Source of the DNA: a virus
Lineage: Duplodnaviria; Caudoviricetes
DNA length: 59,212 nt
IMG/VR virus record: IMGVR_UViG_3300020391_000001
Coordinates: 1-59,212 of that record
Strand: one strand, 5' to 3'
The position numbers and the translations under genes were made by a program. Position 1 is the stretch's first letter. Each line of letters opens with the position of its first letter. Below the pieces are notes generated by a model. That model saw only the letters and a program-made list of their open reading frames with translations, had not been told where the DNA came from and did not search any database. Positions 57,718-59,212 of the stretch are shown here, one piece after another.

Positions 57718-58293
57718 ATGGCTAATGTCGAAGAAAAGTTTGGTCTAAGACCATACAGAAAACTAGACGGTACACCTTTAGCTGGAGCTCAAAACAGATA
57801 TACGATTGCATCAGGATATGCAGACGCGATATTCCAAGGAGAAATGGTTGAACCATTAACTTCTGGAAATATCCAAAGACATGGTCCTAATACATCGGAC
57901 GCTGTTATTGGGGTCTTTAACGGATGTTTCTACACAGATCCAACTACTCAAAAGCCAACTTACAGTAACTATTATCCTGGTGGCATTGCTGCTAGCGATA
58001 TTACTGCATTCGTTATTGACGATCCAGATGCAGTATTTTTAGTTGATGCTGACGCGGCTTTCACTAGAGCAGATTTGTTTAAGAACTATTCTGTTACAAA
58101 CACTACTGGTGTTACACAAACAGGAATATCTAAACAGCAATTAGATGTAAGTGTATCAGGAACAGCAACTACTTTCGCTATTCAAGCGATTGATATTTGT
58201 CAAGATCCAGATAACTCTGACACGTCTGTTGCTAATGCAAATATTCTTGTTAGAATCAACAATCACTTCTTTAGAAGTGGTACAGGCTTGTAG
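57718..58293 (+). CDS. Putative minor capsid / decoration protein
   Basis: AAGGAG SD; FGLRP...GVFNGC.YTDP; directly before the capsid gene. Confidence 0.7.
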   Translation: MANVEEKFGLRPYRKLDGTPLAGAQNRYTIASGYADAIFQGEMVEPLTSGNIQRHGPNTSDAVIGVFNGCFYTDPTTQKPTYSNYYPGGIAASDITAFVIDDPDAVFLVDADAAFTRADLFKNYSVTNTTGVTQTGISKQQLDVSVSGTATTFAIQAIDICQDPDNSDTSVANANILVRINNHFFRSGTGL

Positions 58294-58310
58294 GATAAAG
58301 GAGAATAACT

Positions 58311-59212
58311 ATGGCAATATCACGATCACAACTAGTTAAAGAACTAGAGCCAGGTTTGAATGCTTTATTCGGCCTGGAATATAGTCGTTATGAAAATCAG
58401 CATGCTGAAATTTTTGCGACTGAAACATCTGACAGAGCTTTTGAAGAAGAAGTAATGTTAAGCGGTTTCGCTTCTGCACCAACTAAACAAGAAGGTGCTG
58501 GAGTAGTGTTCGATCAAGCAGGTGAAACTTTCACAGCTAGATACAACCACGAAACAATAGCTTTAGCATTTGCTATTACTGAAGAAGCAATCGAAGACAA
58601 CCTATACGATAGACTTGCGGGCAGATACACAAGAGCTCTTGCAAGATCTATGGCAAATACGAAGCAAGTTAAAGCTGCTAATGTATTGAACAATGCGCAA
58701 GTATCTACTGTAACAGGTGGTGACGGAGTTTCATTAATTAATGCCTCCCACCCACTAGCTACTGGTGGTACTTTCTCAAATGTTCTTACAGTTGCTGCAG
58801 ATCTTAACGAAACTTCACTCGAGCAGTCATTAATTGACATTGCTGGATTTGTCGATGAAAGAGGCTTGAAAATAGCTTCTACTGGAAGAAAAATGATTAT
58901 TCCAAAAGAACTACAGTTCACTGCGGAAAGAATCATGAAATCTCCAATGAGACCGGCAACTGCAGACAATGACATTAATGCGATCAATAACATGGGAATG
59001 GTTCCTGAAGGTTACAGAGTTAATAACTTTTTAACTGACACAGACTCATTCTTCTTGTTAACTGATATACCAAACGGATTAAAAATGTTTGTTAGATCAC
59101 CGATCAAAACTGCTATGGAAGGTGACTTCGATACAGGTAACATGAGATTTAAAGCTAGAGAAAGATACTCTTTTGGATTCTCTGATCCAAGATGTATTTT
59201 TGGTAACGGAAA
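58311..59212 (+). CDS. Major capsid protein (Mu gpT-like), about 305 aa across the join
   Basis: MAISRSQLVKELEPGLNALFGLEY...ITEEAIEDNLY; missing from the ORF track because its stop is at 91-93. Confidence 0.93.
   Translation, partial: MAISRSQLVKELEPGLNALFGLEYSRYENQHAEIFATETSDRAFEEEVMLSGFASAPTKQEGAGVVFDQAGETFTARYNHETIALAFAITEEAIEDNLYDRLAGRYTRALARSMANTKQVKAANVLNNAQVSTVTGGDGVSLINASHPLATGGTFSNVLTVAADLNETSLEQSLIDIAGFVDERGLKIASTGRKMIIPKELQFTAERIMKSPMRPATADNDINAINNMGMVPEGYRVNNFLTDTDSFFLLTDIPNGLKMFVRSPIKTAMEGDFDTGNMRFKARERYSFGFSDPRCIFGNG
59136..59212. repeat. Terminal direct repeat, copy 2
   Basis: Identical to 1-77. Confidence 0.97.

Noticed and set aside
58514-58993. Minus-strand 159-aa ORF, and similar antisense ORFs such as 15100..15729, 21844..22284 and 46904..47353
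   Set aside because: Each lies opposite a well-supported + strand gene.
1-59212. tRNA/tmRNA genes, integrase, or stop-codon reassignment
   Set aside because: No cloverleaf or recombinase motifs were noticed by eye, and genes are full length in the standard code using all three stops. A tRNAscan/ARAGORN run would be needed to exclude tRNAs fully.

Overview
The window is an apparently complete, circularly permuted dsDNA tailed-phage genome. Bases 1-77 are identical to 59136-59212, so the unit length is about 59,135 bp, and the major capsid gene runs across the join (58311..59212, continuing to 93). The genome is AT-rich and mostly + strand. Modules in order: head and accessory genes, a lysis cluster (peptidase M15), adaptor/tail/tail-fibre genes, two glycosyltransferases, ejection-type proteins, a replication module (exonuclease, C5-MTase-like protein, SNF2 helicase, primase-polymerase, UvrD helicase, PolA), a probable iteron origin (about 40.4 kb), terS, a GC-rich repeat region with early genes, terL, portal, a LAGLIDADG endonuclease, holin, carbamoyltransferase, methyltransferase, GroES, scaffold and capsid. 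From recall, not a search, gene content and the Mu-gpT-like capsid resemble marine SAR11 podophages of the HTVC023P/vSAG 37-F6 type. I saw no integrase, RNA polymerase, tRNA or CRISPR array. The most notable signals outside the gene list are: (1) a perfect alphaproteobacterial Irr/ICE iron box in front of an early promoter; (2) three hairpins with CU-rich, anti-RBS-like loops; (3) a GC-rich strand-polarised motif array between terS and terL; (4) a recurrent K-x-G-G peptide motif across unrelated proteins; (5) a genome-wide + strand 7-bp-period CGGACA motif; (6) a pseudoknotted RNA downstream of the capsid gene; and (7) a dispersed set of modification enzymes. All calls come from reading the sequence by eye; no searches or folding programs were run.
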